Positions 1 through 14,716 of a DNA stretch of 64,000 bases are shown piece by piece. The notes below the pieces were generated by a model, which was given only the letters and a program-made list of their open reading frames with translations, did not search any database and was not told the origin of the DNA. This DNA is from the human T2T-CHM13v2.0 reference genome, Homo sapiens, in the NCBI RefSeq assembly GCF_009914755.1, contig NC_060939.1; one strand, written 5' to 3'. How positions within the stretch are numbered: position 1 is the stretch's first letter; each line of letters opens with the position of its first letter. The position numbers and the translations under genes were made by a program.

Positions 1-1974
1 AATTGATTAATAGCAAATCAAGCCAAATCACTGATTTTTGGGAAACAACCAGCCCATCCCAGTCCCTCATTTTTGGGACATAAATAACTCCTAAACTTTT
101 TTGTATGGGCAAAACCTCTCATAAGCAACCTTGAAGTCCCCTTATAACTAATGTAAAACTGCAGAGTTTCCATCAATAAAAAAGTGAATTCCAGCACCAG
201 GCTGGTAAAATGGATAATTTACCGTTGCAATGATTTAAAATATGTAATCAGATGGCCATGGATAAACCTGGCAGCTAAACCCTGGGAAACGTCCTGATTT
301 CTAACTGTGGTCTTTTTGGGATTGTCTCCTGGGGCCATCGAGGCAAGACAAGGAGCCTGTTAACTGCCAGGGACCCGGATCATGGGGAAGCCCCTCGTTT
401 GTCCTGGCCAGAACCCTGGTGGGAGGATTGCCCTGTCAGCCGCCTCCTGGGCAGACAGGCAGCACATGCTGGGAGAACGGACATGTGCATACTCACGTGT
501 GGACACAGGAGCTGTGGGACCCTGGGCTGAGCAGAGCACCAGTGCTTGATGAAGGTGTCAAGGGTGAGTAGCTGAGCAGGCCAAGGTAGTCTGTTCAGTG
601 AGCAAGTTGGGCACATGCATGCCAGCCCTAAAGGAGAACACTTGTTGAGAGGCCCCTGGAGGAGGCATGGTGCTGCATTGTGGTGGAAGTGAGGAAGGAG
701 CTGAAACATCCACATGTGAACAGTTAGATAAAAATCAGAGGTTCATGTCATGGCTCAAAGCCTCTGTAAGCACCACAGAATGAGGAAAACTGCCACATTA
801 ATTATACAGCCCAGGATCTGCCCCTGGAGCCCAGGAGTGGAAGAGTGGGCTTTTCTCCTGTGGAGGAGGTGTGTTTATAGGAGGGAAAGGTTCACAGCAG
901 GAACGGGTCCTAGCCGGGGGTAATGGACCCCCAAAATCCTTGCCCTGGTGTCCTGATCACAGGCACTCTTGGAGGACAGGGGCCAATCTGTTCACCCCAA
1001 CCCTGGGCTGCAAAGCCAGGTGGCTCCCCCAGGGATTTGGGAGAGACTATGGCTACTGCAACTATCTCAGCATGTGCACAGCACGTGTTCCCACCTTCTT
1101 CTCCCCTCCCTGTTCCTCTGCCAGCCTTGTTTGTGCCCAGCATGCAGGCCCAAGGACGACTTGGTTTCTCATCTTTGAGCCTTCTGCTCTCACCTTCTGG
1201 CATTGTCCACTTCTGACCACCCTGGGCAACCCCCATGTCCCTCTGGCACGAGTCCCCTGTGGCAGCCCACACCCTCTAGTTCCTGTCGTTGACTTCGGAA
1301 GTGGCAGTAGAAACGGAGCCCAGCCCACAGCTGAGCCTCACTGTTTGGGAGTGCAGTCACAGCAACAGAGAAGAGAGAGGATGAGTGTGGGGCCTTCTCC
1401 TCCAGGGGCAATGCAACCACCCTCAACACGTGCCCAGCCAGTGTGAAGCCCCAGACGGATCCAGTCACAGCTTTTGTCCATGGGAGCTAGTCTGAGACCC
1501 AGGGTGCTTTAAAACAGTACAAGAAGCAGGGATGATGGATGCAGAATTAGGAGAGCCCAGTGGTCAAGAAAGAGAGCAGGAAAAAGCACAACGCAGGTGA
1601 CACCATGCTGGGTTGGATAGAGGACCCCTGAGCACCCATGGGCTAAGGGGTCAGAAAAGGATCAGACAGGCCGTGGGCTGCCCCATGGCACACAGGCATG
1701 CCCTGATAGTTGGTTCAACAGGAAGGGATTGGTGGGGAGTAAGGGATCGGGGCTTGGGGAACTGCCAATTTTCAGGTCTCTTTGGACCACCCCCGCTAGA
1801 GTGCCAGCCTCATGGGACACAGAGCCAAATGCCCTCAAGGAATTCGTCCTTCCTACCTGGCTTCTTTCTCAGGGGTAGTACCAACCCCTAGAAGCACAGG
1901 TGACTGGTACAAAATTCCCAGGCAGTCTGAACACTTCTGGAATATCCCCTAAGGATGCTCTCCAACAGGCTGAC

Positions 1975-2266
1975 TTTTTTTTTTTTTTTTTTTTTTTTTG
2001 AGACGGAGTCTCGCTCTGTAGCCCAGGCTGGAGTGCAGTGACGTGATCTCCGCCTCCCGGGTTCACGCCATTCTCCTGCCTCAGCCTCCCGAGTAGCTGA
2101 GACTACAGGCACCCACCATCACTACCGGCTAATTTTTTTTGTATTTTTAGTAGAGACAGGGTTTCACCGTGTTAGCCAGGATGGTCTTGATCTGCTGACC
2201 TCGTGATCCGCCTGCCTCGGCCTCCCAAAGTTCTGGGATTACAGGTATGAGCCACTGCGCCTGGCC
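1975..2266 (-). mobile_element. AluY, with ~16-bp internal deletion in the right arm
   Basis: Poly-T then Alu antisense; AluY diagnostics GTTCACGCCATTCTCC, CCGTGTTAGCCAGGATGG, GACCTCGTGATCC; TSD CAGGCTGAC at 1966-1974 and 2267-2275. Confidence 0.93.
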
Positions 2267-3404
2267 CAGGCTGACATTTTTAAAGGCCTCTCAAGGATCC
2301 CAGATCAGTAAATAAACAGATCATAGGCCCAGGCTGGATTTTCTGAAATGTAGATTTTTTTTATAATTGTTGAAAATCTATTAGAATTCCTTCAGCTCAT
2401 TTAAGAACATGCTAGTTTGAGGGACTCTTTTTATTTCAGATTCCAATCATGCAAGTGGCTGCTGCTGATTTTTTCATCTGCCCTCTACTATTTCCTTTTT
2501 CTTTCTTTTCTCCTTCACTCTCCTCCTCCCCCATTCTTCATTTTTACAGATTTCCCTGGATAAAGTCACCCAAAGATTATTCATGAAACAGAATTCTATA
2601 ATTTTACAGCGAGAAGTCCCTCTACTGTCATCGTATCTCATGCCTTCGTTGTTTGGGTTGAAGAAATTAGGGCACAAATCAGGAATACAGGGTAAATAAA
2701 TAACGCTTTGTCTCACCTAAATGCATTTTAGAAGTCACCACACAAGCCACATGCAAAATCAGACTTTAGCGTTGTCTTTAAAGATGCTGTCACACTAATG
2801 GCAAGTGAAGTGTGGCATTTGAGACCAGGCAGGAAAGAACATGAAGCTGAACAAGCTTTGAATGACAGCTGTTTGATGATGGAATTTGTAAGGTAAAAAT
2901 ATCAAAGCCAAAGACTTGAAAAGCATAATGTTCCACATGAAAGACTTTAAGTAGCAAAAGAATTTTTATTGTTATAATCAACAGGATAATAATAATGAAG
3001 CATAGTAGATTCACAATGCATATTGAACAAATGATTAAAAAAATGAGAAAAGAGTGAGTGATGGTTTCTAACTATGATAATGAAGCATATCTCAACCAAG
3101 TGGTAAACACATCAGGCCAGTGGATTTCATTCGACATGTGCCTAGATGATCTGACAAGAAAAATTCCATTTCCCTTTTCTCAGGGATCTACTAAAGGATG
3201 TGCTCCTTAAAAATGAGGGAGTAAGCCGAGAAAGAGGAAGATGTGGGCTCTAGAAAATGGAATCCAATGCAGCAAAAGGTAAAGGGGATTTTTAGAATCA
3301 CGACCAAGAGAACTCTGAGGTCAACAGCTGTGCAGCAGGCCTAGAGAATGATCTGTGAAGATGGGTACAGGAGGAGGAGGGACTCTAGGTGGGAGGGCTC
3401 TATC

Positions 3405-4665
3405 ATGTGGTGGTACTGGTGTCAGCCCATTGGAGCCAATTGTTAAATATTTGGGAATGTTGTAAGCCAGTTTTTAAACACAGTCATTATTTAAAAAGTA
3501 AATTATAAAAGGCTTAATCATATTAGAAATAAAGATGATAAATATTCCAAATTCATCTATATCTCATTATACTACATTTTACTGGTATCTGTGTTCTTGT
3601 AATTTACACTTATTGTATTTTTTTTGGCATTTTAACACGTGTGGTTTCTTTTTGTTTTTTCTTTTTTTCAACTTTTATTTTAAGTTCAGGAGTGCATTTA
3701 TTGTGTTTTCATGGTAGAGTACAACGCACCTCTTGCCAACTCTGTGTTCAGCAATGTCACATTAGTAGCTTCATATTGGCCTGGGTGGAAGTATTTACAC
3801 CACAGAAACCAGCAAAACCTTCAAATCAGGGCTTGATTTATTGTTCTGATGGTCTATACTTAAGAAAATAATGAAGACATTGTTAATGCAGATTAGACTT
3901 TACATGAGTCAAGTCTGAAGTCATTACGTTGTGAATAGCAGGAATAAAAGACACGAAAATAGTCTTTCAGTACTCAAAAACTAATATGCAATGAAGCAAA
4001 GAAATTATACTCACATCATTGATGAACAAAATGAAGTTCAAAAAAATTCTTGTTGTTGCACTTGTGTCTTATACATTAACAAAAGTGAAAATACTAAATA
4101 ACTAACACATAAGAACTGCACTCCAGGCCGGGCATGGTGGCTCACACCTATAATCTCTACACTTGGAAGGCTGAGGCAGGAGGATCAATCTCTTGAGGCC
4201 AGGAGATGGAGACCAGCCTGGGCAGCAAGTGAGACTCCATCTCTATGGAAAAATTTAAAAATTAGCCAGCCATGGTGGTGCATGCCTGTAGTCCCACCTA
4301 CTCAGTAAACTGAGGCAGGAAGATTGCTTGAGCCCAGGAGTTCCAGACAATGAGATCACATCACTGCACTCCAGCCTGGGCAACAGAGGGAGACCCTGTC
4401 ACTAAAAATTAAAAATAACATAAAAAATTTTAAAAAGAACTACACTCATTCGTTATGGTTATATGAGTTTGACAAAAATCAATGAAAGCATTCTGTGAGA
4501 AACAGTTCATCGTATAGAAGTTACAATAAAGTTTTTATTGTTAATTGTAAGTAGTGTGCTAACTGTCCTTTATGTCAGTAACACTTATAGTAAACTTATA
4601 TGCATATAAATGCATGTGTTTTCTTTTGGAGAGGCAGTTGTTAAACATGTACCAGCCTGCCACTG
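3405..4665. mobile_element. hAT-Tip100 (Zaphod-like) DNA transposon remnant, interrupted by AluJ
   Basis: Ends resemble Zaphod-family termini (GAGCCAATTGTTAAATATTT near 3433; GAGAGGCAGTTGTTAAACATGTACCAGCCTGCCACTG at ~4629-4665); family call by recall. Confidence 0.6.
4126..4434 (+). mobile_element. AluJ
   Basis: GGCCGGGC start; J-type TTGAGGCCAGGAG and TTGAGCCCAGGAG; TSD AAGAACT(G/A)CACTC at 4111-4123 and 4435-4447. Confidence 0.9.
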
Positions 4666-7184
4666 GTCCAGATGAAAAAATAAAGAAAACAGCACCTTAC
4701 CTCATACATTTGCACCGAATGGAGTTAAATGGATTTTTTGGAATGTTTAAAATGGAATTAGCTTAGGCATATAAAAAACTAAGCAAATAATATGACAGAA
4801 TGATTCTTAACACAAGGAACAAAGATTGCACAAAACAGGAGATGTAATCCTGTCTACTATATGGCTCAGCTTTGAATTTTTAAAGTCAAAATAAAGAATA
4901 TTGACTTAACCAAAATCGGAGCTATAAGCACTGTATGACATTGGTTGTACAATGCAACACAAGAGGGAAAACTCTTACTGATGAATGAAATATCATCTAT
5001 TGTTGCATCCCATTTTCAGACATTTTAAAATGTGAAGGAATTGTGCCTGACTTGGAATCAGAGTGGTAAAGATTAATGTCTTCATGATAAGCTTGATAGT
5101 TCCATTTGTTTTCAATGTTTTGATTAAGTCATAAAATGTTAACATTACATGTTAAGTATTATCTTTTTTTAATCCTGGAATACAAGAGTGATTTACTATT
5201 GGAAAGTCAATGCACACACTTCATCACATTAATGTATTAAAGGAGAAAAACCATATCATCTTCTCAACAGGCATCTGAAAATCAGTGGAAATCATCGCCA
5301 ACTCTCACTCCTCCCAATTACCTCCTGGGTGGGCTGGAACCTGAGAAATCTCATCAGTAAAGCTCAACAGCGTTGCCGAATGCATTCTCCTCTTCAGGCT
5401 ACAAGAGCTTTGGGGTTGCATGCTGTCACTCAAGATCAACCGTAAGGGGCTCACAGAGGTCCAGAGAGGCCTCAGTGCTCCCTGATGTTGATGCCCCCAA
5501 AACCAGTCCAAATCTAAGCCAGGTGCTCGGACCCACAGCAGCGGTCAGGGCCCTGCAGCCGGGCAGAACGCTGCTCCTCTGCGAACCTAACAGGGACAGG
5601 CAGAAGAGTAGATAGATGCCCACCCTCCCCGATCTCCAGCTGAGATGCACATTGGCCCAGAACAAGTGAGCTGCCTTGCAGAGCCACCACGAGAAGGAAG
5701 CCGAGGCAGGAACAGAAGTGTCTGCTGTCTATGTGCTAACATGCACACAGACTGTGCCCCAGTTTCTAGCCCCGAGTCACAGCGAGGCTTCTCTGAGGAC
5801 ACAGTCCTGCTCTTTTGCCTGCCAAGTCATCGGCTCCCCGCACCTCTAGTGGGAAGCTGTGGGGTGGCCGAGAACTGGGTGAGCCCACCCCCCACCAGAA
5901 GGCTCTCTGTTCACCCAGTGACATCATCTTCTGCTCCCTGTGATCTTGGTAATCCTATCCATCCTGTGCTTTCCCCCAGAAAAATAAATTAAAGCAGGGC
6001 CCTCTGAGTCCCCAATCTACTTAATTGTACTGCCTTCACAGTCTTTGTTTGAGAAACAGTCCCCACAGCTCAAGACTCTTCAAGCATGGATCTGTATTGC
6101 CATGATTATTTCTGGAATCTCTTTGAAATTCCACTCGATGCAGAAAACATGTCCCACCTGTCTCAGATCTCACTCCATTCAGTCCATGCAGAGTGGTCTT
6201 TCCACCCAGCCCCTCTCCTGGGGAGCCAACCTGGGAAAGTTCCCACACACCTTGTCAGAGCCCCACTACCTGGGCAGTGATCAGGAGGTTTGCAGAAAAT
6301 GGAGAGGCCTTAATTTACAGCCAATGAGGTCAGGCCATCACAGCGATGCCCAGGGCAGAGGGCAAGATGGAATGAGCTCCACAGACGTCCAACTGCCCTC
6401 AGGATTGGAGAATCCAGACAGCCCCTGCATGCCTCCTCTGGCTTCATCCAAGTCAGGACAGAGTCATCTGCAGGCACAAATCAACTCCAGAACCTTTCCT
6501 GAATGACACAAAGGCTCTGAAATCGGTGTCTGCCTCTGGTCAGTTTGAGCCCCTCTCCTGCACTGTGTACAGGAAGAATGACAGACTTTATGCAGAATGC
6601 TTTTAATTTTTCTCTATGTCAGAGCAATGCTCAACTCACTGAGCCCTGACTTGCAGGATGACTAGTTCCAGGGCACCCTGGGGCAATCCTGTTCCAGGAA
6701 CAACCTTTAGTGAGCCAGGGTGGTCCTTTTCCATCCTGCTCACACGTGTGCCAACAATCGGATTTTAGTACTTTCTGTGCTCCCAGAGGACTGACTCCTG
6801 GGGATGGCCGCCATCTGCTCAGCCTCCTGTCACAAGCCTGAGTCCCACCTCGCTGCTAGTCACAGATCCCAGCCAGCCCGTAGCTCCTGTCCAAACACAA
6901 AAGCCAGGTCTTGCAGTAGAAGACAAATCCCATGCACCAACTTATTAAACTAAAGAAGAAGCCAAGTGAAAAAGGCATCACCAGAAGTAACTTGAAGTTG
7001 TTCTGGGCTTTTGGCTTGGTGCCAGTCTAGCTGAAAATCAGGTAGCTGAGGTGTGGTGGGAAGCTGGAGTCAGAGGGACCAAAGTGGAAATGAATGCCCT
7101 TGGACAGAATGCCACAATAGGCCAAGCACATGGTAAGCACTTGATCGATGCCAGCTACCATTTTTGCTTATTTGCTTTTATTAT

Positions 7185-8365
7185 TAATGTTTAAATTTAT
7201 AGACAGTGAAATGGACTTCCATGTAGTGTACAGTTCTATGAGTTTTAAGACATGTAGATTTGTGTAACCACCTCCACAATTAGGTTATGGAAGACTTCCA
7301 TCCCCCAGACTCTGGCCTCAAGCTGCCTTTCATAGCCAAACTCTTCTCCACCCCCAACCCCTGACAACTGCTGGTCTGTTTTCCATCCCTATGGTTTTGC
7401 TTTATAAACTCACGCAGTAGGTAACCTTTTGCAATTAGTTTTCTTTCACTCAGTGTAATGCCTTTGAAGTTTCTCCATGTTGTCATCTGTCTCAATAGTT
7501 TATTCCTTTTTATTGTGAGGTAGTATTTCATATACCACAGTGTGTTTCTCAATTCACCCATCAATAAGAGTGTTTCAGTTTTAGTGATGATAAATACTCT
7601 TTCTATAAACAGTCATGCACAGGTTCTGTGTAAACATGCTTTCATTTCTGTAGAGCAAGTATCTAGGCGTGGGATTCTTGAGTCGTATGGTAAGCGTGTC
7701 ATTAAACTTAAACGGACAAACTGTTTTTCAGAGTGGCCACGTCACTTTGCATTCCCACCAGCATGTGTGAAAGTGCCAGTTGTCTCATTCTTGCCGCCAC
7801 TTGGTATTGTCAGTGTTTTCATTTTAGCCATTCTACTAGGTGGGAAACGGACTCTCATGGCTGTTCTAATTTGCATTTTCCTAGAGGCTAATGGTGTTGA
7901 AGACTTCTCGTTGTGCCCATTTGCTTATATCTTCTTTGGTGAAGTGTCTCTTCGAATATTTTGCCCATTGAAAAAATTCAGTTGTTTGTTTTCTTACTGT
8001 TGAGTTTTGAGGGTTCTTTATATACTCTGGATATAAGTCCTTAATCTCATACGTGATTTGCAAGTGTTTCCTCCCCATTTACGACTTGTGTTTTCACCCA
8101 CTTAATGGTGCCTTTTGTGGAGCAAAATATTTTAATTTGCTGAAATCCAATTCACGAAGTTTTTCTTTTCTCAGTCATGTACTAGATGTTAAGTGTAAGA
8201 ACTTCTCATGCAACCCAAGGTCATGAAGCTGTTCTCCTGTTTTCTTCTAAGAGCTTTATAGTTTTACATGGTACATTTTGACTTAATTCTTTTATAAGGT
8301 AAGAGACTTAGATCAGAGACTTAAAAAATTTTTTTGCTTATGGATGTCCAGTTGTTCTGTTGGCA
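7185..8365 (-). mobile_element. Old L1 (L1MB/L1MC-type) 3' portion
   Basis: Antisense L1 3'UTR and degenerate ORF2 end (minus-strand ORFs 7280-7564 and 7881-8078 translate as L1 ORF2-like peptides). Confidence 0.8.
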
Positions 8366-10089
8366 AATTTTAACATGAATCTTTTTCACCCTCCTCTTTA
8401 TATTAACTTTTGTCTCTGTAAATTGAGGATCTTTTTAAAAAAACTTGCAATGAGAAGACATATGTGAAAAGTGCTTTGCAAGTGATTTGTAGAAAAGTAG
8501 ATAAATAAATATTAGTTTAAAACACATACACACACTCGTAGTAAGACATTGCAAAATGAAGATTCAAAGATGAAGATTCGTCACCCAGAAATAAATTCTG
8601 GAATCACAAGGTAAAGTTTGCAATGCTGACTTAAAACCACTTAAGGTCTCTGGCTCACAGGCAGCCTGCCGAAGGGGAAGTGTCTCTGCCTTTCTGTGAA
8701 AACAAGGCCAGTCCCTTATCCTGTTAGTGGTCGGATGAGCTTGCTGGTAAAATGGTTGGATCTCAGCTGAAGGTGAATGCTGTCCTCCTACCTTGAGGAG
8801 TATAGCTTGCGTGCGAGTGGGTGTGGACCTGTGTGCACACTCGGGGTGTATATGAAACCCACATCTACTGGTCTCTGCCCATGCAGACCCCTCATGGGAG
8901 CGGTATTTATGTGAATGATTTACCCTGGTGACTTCAAGACCACAGAACTCCATCCAACAAAGGAGCTCATTTACTTTCTGACATGGTTAATGTCCTGATT
9001 TAATGGCCCTCTTATATCACACTCAGCACCCTAAATTATAGGGCAACCCAGACAATAACACTGCAGGGTTTCAGGCTGTACCTCTCCCCAGAGCTGCCCT
9101 CCCATACTCGAGTGGAAGCAGCAGAGGCGGACTCTCCTCCCTTCCTGCGAGCCACATGCCTCTGCTCTCATTAAAATAACTGTTTGTACCACCTTGTTGC
9201 TCCAGATCACAGTCTCCTGAGATTTTTCAGCCACAGGAAATGCTATTCTGAACATATAACTGCACATGTGAAGACTAAAAATGTCTTTCTTGTTGATATT
9301 ACTCAAGAAGCAGAGTCAGTGTTTCTTGATTGTGTGCTCTGCAATGCCTCTGTTATGAAAGATCAGTTTCCATAATGACCCTTTGGAGGGAAGTAGTTAT
9401 GGTAAGGATTTCACAAACAGAAGACCCTGAACTTGCTCCTAAACACAAAACTTGCTGTGTAAATCCAGGGAGCTGCCGCTAGGCATATTTAGTGCATAAG
9501 AAAAATTTGTCAGATGGGTTTAAGAGATTTTTACAACCCTGGCATTAATCACAAGGTTAATCGTAAGGTAAAAAGGTAAAATACTCATGCCTAGAGCCCA
9601 AATTCAAGGGCCTACATCCAAGACAGCCAGGTGCCTTACAGCTGAAACTCTAAGAACCATTTCTTCGCTTTGATCTACTAATTTATGCAGTAAGTAATGA
9701 CCTAAGAGTAAACTAAACAACTGAAAGCATAAATTATCTAAGAAATGAAATCTCACTTTAAAAAATACTGTCACTTTCTAAAACTTAGATGCCACTCTAT
9801 AAATATGGGAAATAAAATGTTTTAATGAGACAAATAGGGAATGACAGGTTACAAAAATTAGCATCCATAACAATTAAAAAACAGCTTAACATTTTATAAT
9901 TGTATCAATTTGATTTGCTAGAAGCAGATGAGGTGGGAAGGAGAGGCCTCTTGAGAAAGAGGAAGGGAAAGCAGACAGGAATGGTGCTGTATTTTCTGCT
10001 CCAGATATTACTCAATTCTATTTTGAATCTTCAAACGTTTACCCAACTCTAAAAGGAGGTTCCTTGCAACATTGGGAGAAAACACTCTT

Positions 10090-10730
10090 TTTTTAACTTT
10101 TATGTTAAGTTCAGAGTACAAGCGCAGGTTTGTTACATAGGTAAACTTGTGACATGGCGGTGAGGTTGTTGTACTGATTATTTCCTCACCCCAGGTATTA
10201 AGCCTAATACCCGTTAGTTGTTTTTCTGGATCCTCTCCCTCCTCCCAACCTCCACCCTCAAGGAGGCCCGAGCGTCTGTTGTTCCCCTCTATGTGTCCAT
10301 GTGTTCTCATAATTTAGCTCCCACTTATGAGAGAACATTTAGTATTTGGTTTTCTGTTCCTGTGTTAGTTTGCTAAGGATAAAGGCCTCCAGCTCCATCC
10401 GTGTCCCTGCAAAGGACGTGATCTTGTTCTTTTTTATGACTGCATAGTATTCCATACCGATTATATGTACCATATTTTCTTTATCTAGTCTATCATTGAT
10501 GGACATTTAGGTTGATTCCATGTATTTGCTATTGTGAATAGCGCTGCAATGGACATTCATGTGCATGTGTCTTTGTAATAGAATGATTTATATTCCTTCA
10601 GGTATATACTCAGTAATGGGATTGCTGGGTCGGATGGTACTCTGTCTTCAGGTCTTCGAGGAATTGCCACACTGTCTGCCACATGGCTAAACTAATTTAC
10701 AGTCCCACCAACAGTGTGTAAGCATTCTTT
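10090..10730 (-). mobile_element. 5'-truncated older L1PA
   Basis: L1PA 3'UTR antisense (GTTTGTTACATAGGTAAAC, GCATAGTATTCCAT); perfect 18-bp TSD TTGGGAGAAAACACTCTT at 10072-10089 and 10731-10748. Confidence 0.92.
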
Positions 10731-10819
10731 TTGGGAGAAAACACTCTTAGGAAGCTGTAGAAAAGCCTTTAGTAAAGAAGGCTACATCTTCCACAGAGCA
10801 TCCTGACCATCATTGGTTA

Positions 10820-11030
10820 TACAATCTGAGTTTTGATCCCATTCCCACTGTAGACGAATTAGTCACTCTCTGAGCCTCAGTCACGTCATGTGTCCAATGG
10901 GGATAGCATTCCTATCTTGTAGAGTCGTCGTGAGGACTAACAGATGTAATACAGGCAAGGCGCCTAACAAAGAGTGGCATTGGATAGTGTGAAGATTCAA
11001 CACAATTTCTCAGGTATTATTATTATTACC
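10820..11030 (+). mobile_element. MIR
   Basis: MIR core CTCTCTGAGCCTCAGT...AATGGGGAT...GTGAGGA. Confidence 0.7.
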
Positions 11031-13044
11031 ATGGTGAGTATTTGGTGATACCTTGAAGCTATTCAAATTAGGCAATGTTTTATTGTTTTGTGGCACCTAA
11101 TCAGTGCCAACCCTTTCTCTATCCCTCCCTCTGTCTTTCTCATGCACACACACAAATGCACACATACAACATGGCGAACTGAATTTAATGATAAGCTAGG
11201 AAGTATGAGAACACCTGATTTCTTTTTGGCTCATAAAATAAGAGTAAATTACTATAAAATAAAATAAAAGTAATTACTATAAAATAATAATCATTATTAC
11301 TATATGACACTGAAGTCAGGTAAAGATGGAATTTATAATAAACATGAGCATGCTGCCCCGAAACCCATATACAGCTGTGTGTGCTCTAAAGAAAACGAGC
11401 TGTGGAAAGAGCAACAAGAAGACAATGAAAAAAGAAACAGGAAGAAGCACATAGAAGCTGATGTACCCCCTCCTATACTTTTTGCTGACCAGTTAAGGGG
11501 ATCCAGGCCATTCCCTCTACCTAGAAATGGAAGGAACACTGGGCTCACAAGGGGCAACTCTCAGGCGTTGATGAAAAACATCCCTCAGCCCTGTGGAGCT
11601 GCAGCCGCTGTAGTTGATAGCATGTAATACAAAACACATTTGTCAACTTTCTTTATATCTAAATAAATAAATACCCAGGGGAAGAGGAAGCTCACTACAG
11701 TAATCTGATTTGGAGACGTGTCTCAAGAAAGAATGCACACCCAAGGGCTGGCACGGAAGATGTGGACAGCTATCAGCCAAGCGAAACAACTAGAAAAGAC
11801 CCACCACATTGGACAGGGTGGAAAATGGCAAATGGTATGGGCAATGGAACCACATGAATCCCTTGAGAATCATATCATTTTCATCAGATTGAGTCATGTG
11901 GGAAGATTTGGGGGAACAAGTCAAAATCCATTACTTCAGGAAGCATTCAAGGCTAAAGTCAGTTTTATAGGTTATGTGTGAATATTCTTAAAATCCACGT
12001 TGGGTTTTGTATGCTTTATTATTTCTGAATAATTTGAAGCAACGCCTTACCTTTGAGACACTTGGCAGAGCAGGGCAGCATCCCAGCTTGCAGAACTTTT
12101 GGAGAGGATCTTGGCCTCTACAGAGGCCACACAGAAAGACGAGGGATGGAGCATGGCCACTCCGAAGGCCAAGGGTGTGGAAGTATTTCGTGTCTAGCAG
12201 AGGTGATACCACTCAGGAATTGGTCGGGGGGCAACCTTATCTGCCCGGAAGTTGTTGGCTAGATTTTCAATCAGCTAAAAATGGGGCTGCAAATGCTGAC
12301 ACACACCCCCTCCCTTAATCATGTAAGTGATGCCCTCCTGCATTGAACTAAAGGGTCCCTATTATTTCTGATGGGGACTTCATCAGCATCTTAGGTTAGT
12401 AGTGGGACTGGGGATTCTTGGCTTCCTAAGATGTGACATTCACAGATTTAGGAGCATATTTCATCATCATTCCTTTCTCCCCTTTATGTCCTATATGTCT
12501 CTATCATTATACTTCTTTATTCTAAATTTTCATTGAACCTAAACAACTTCTAACTATACAACCTCCCAAAGAGACATGATCTAATTGTATAGCTCCTTTC
12601 ACTTAACTGAAAGTCCAATGCAACCTCTGATAAATTATGAAAGTAAAATCAAATAAGCTAGGAAAAGGAGTCTGAACTTTTTAAAGTGTGGGAAGATATG
12701 GCAGAAATGAAGATAAAGAATTTTACTGTATGTCTGCTTTTGTTTTGCAAGTATTCATGATCAAATAAAAATATTCATAGAGAAAAAAATGACAGTGGTT
12801 ACTCACTGTAAGGACTTGTTCAAAAATAAAAATAACCAATCTAGCGAGTGTTACTTTTAAAAGCAACAGATCCCTAAAAACTTTTAAATTTTCTCTTATA
12901 CAGAACTCAGGTCCAAAATAAAATAGAAAACAGAACTGCAGAATATTATGAAATAAAAATAATACAAAAACATTTATCAGAAGCTATATGATATAGCTAA
13001 AGCAATATGTTGAGGGAATTTCATAGCTTTAAGTACTTAAATTA

Positions 13045-13384
<340 letters not shown>

Positions 13385-13799
13385 GGCGAGACAAATAAAA
13401 TAAATTTGAGAAAATTGCAGGGAGAGATAATAAATATAAAAGGAGAAAAATTAACCAAATCAAGGAAAATGGCAGAAAACCACAAAAAGAAAAAAAAATA
13501 GGTATGAAATCGGAAAATTCTCAGCTGCAAGGAAAATTTTAAAATAATAAATGATTACCCTGCTCAATTTTGCAGAAATAAATATGAAAACCTCATGGTT
13601 TTCTAATAAGATATAAGTTACTAAATACAGAAATGAAAAGAGAGAAATAGAAACAGAGTAGTTCACATAGCAGAGACTTCAAGGGAGCACTCAGCGCAGT
13701 TGATTTTGTAAACGGATTTCATCAACCATCCAAAATGCTGATACCGCCAATGTTATTGAAACTGCTATGAATAATGAAGAAGGAAATCTTACGAAGTAT

Positions 13800-14070
13800 G
13801 TTTTATTTCAGAACTTTTATTTTTGAATACTTTTAGATTTACAGAAGACTTGCAAAGATAATACAGGGAGTTTCCATACAGCCTTCTCCCAGCTTTCCGT
13901 ACTGGTAATGTATTCTATAACCAGAGTACATTTGTCAAAACTAAGAAACTATTAATGGTACAGAACTATTAACTAACCTACAGATTTTATTTGGATTTCA
14001 CCCATTCTTTTTCCACTGATGATCCTTTTCTGTTCCCAGATTCAATCCAAGATATTGTGCTCCATTTAAC
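13800..14070 (-). mobile_element. L1MC4-like 3' end
   Basis: TTTTAGATTTACAGAAGACTTGCAAAGATAATACAG...CATTTGTCAAAACTAAGAAA typical of L1MC 3' terminus. Confidence 0.65.
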
Positions 14071-14092
14071 CAATTATTTTTATGAATAAAAA

Positions 14093-14146
14093 TGTGTGTG
14101 TATATATATATATATGTATATATATATACACACACACAGAGAGAGA
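14093..14146. repeat. Compound microsatellite (TG)n(TA)n(CA)n(GA)n
   Basis: Read directly. Confidence 0.95.
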
Positions 14147-14352
14147 TAACAACATTTGAGAATGCCTCCCAAAAGAAAAATATAAACCAATCTCACCCAT
14201 GAACATAGTTAAAAAAAACTCTAATCCAACCATGCTTTAAAAGAAAAATCCACCATAGCCAACATGGAGTTCAATCTAAGATGGGAAAATGCCCCAAAGT
14301 AGGAAATCTACTAATATAACATGGAGTAGGTGAAAAGAGAAAAACTACATTA

Positions 14353-14716
<364 letters not shown>

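Noticed and set aside
380-1960. Possible ancient retroelement gag-like remnant (degenerate zinc-knuckle-like C-L-*-S-G-H-Q-G-K-D on the minus strand near ~930-965) and the 191-aa ORF at 871
   Set aside because: Similarity too weak to support by eye; needs a Dfam/RepeatMasker search
5840-5852. CTCF-like CCACTAGAGGTGC on the minus strand
   Set aside because: Mismatch at the highly conserved GGC positions
11304-11627. ATG-initiated 107-aa ORF with a charged stretch, followed by AATAAA
   Set aside because: No recognisable homology, promoter or processed-pseudogene hallmarks; likely chance
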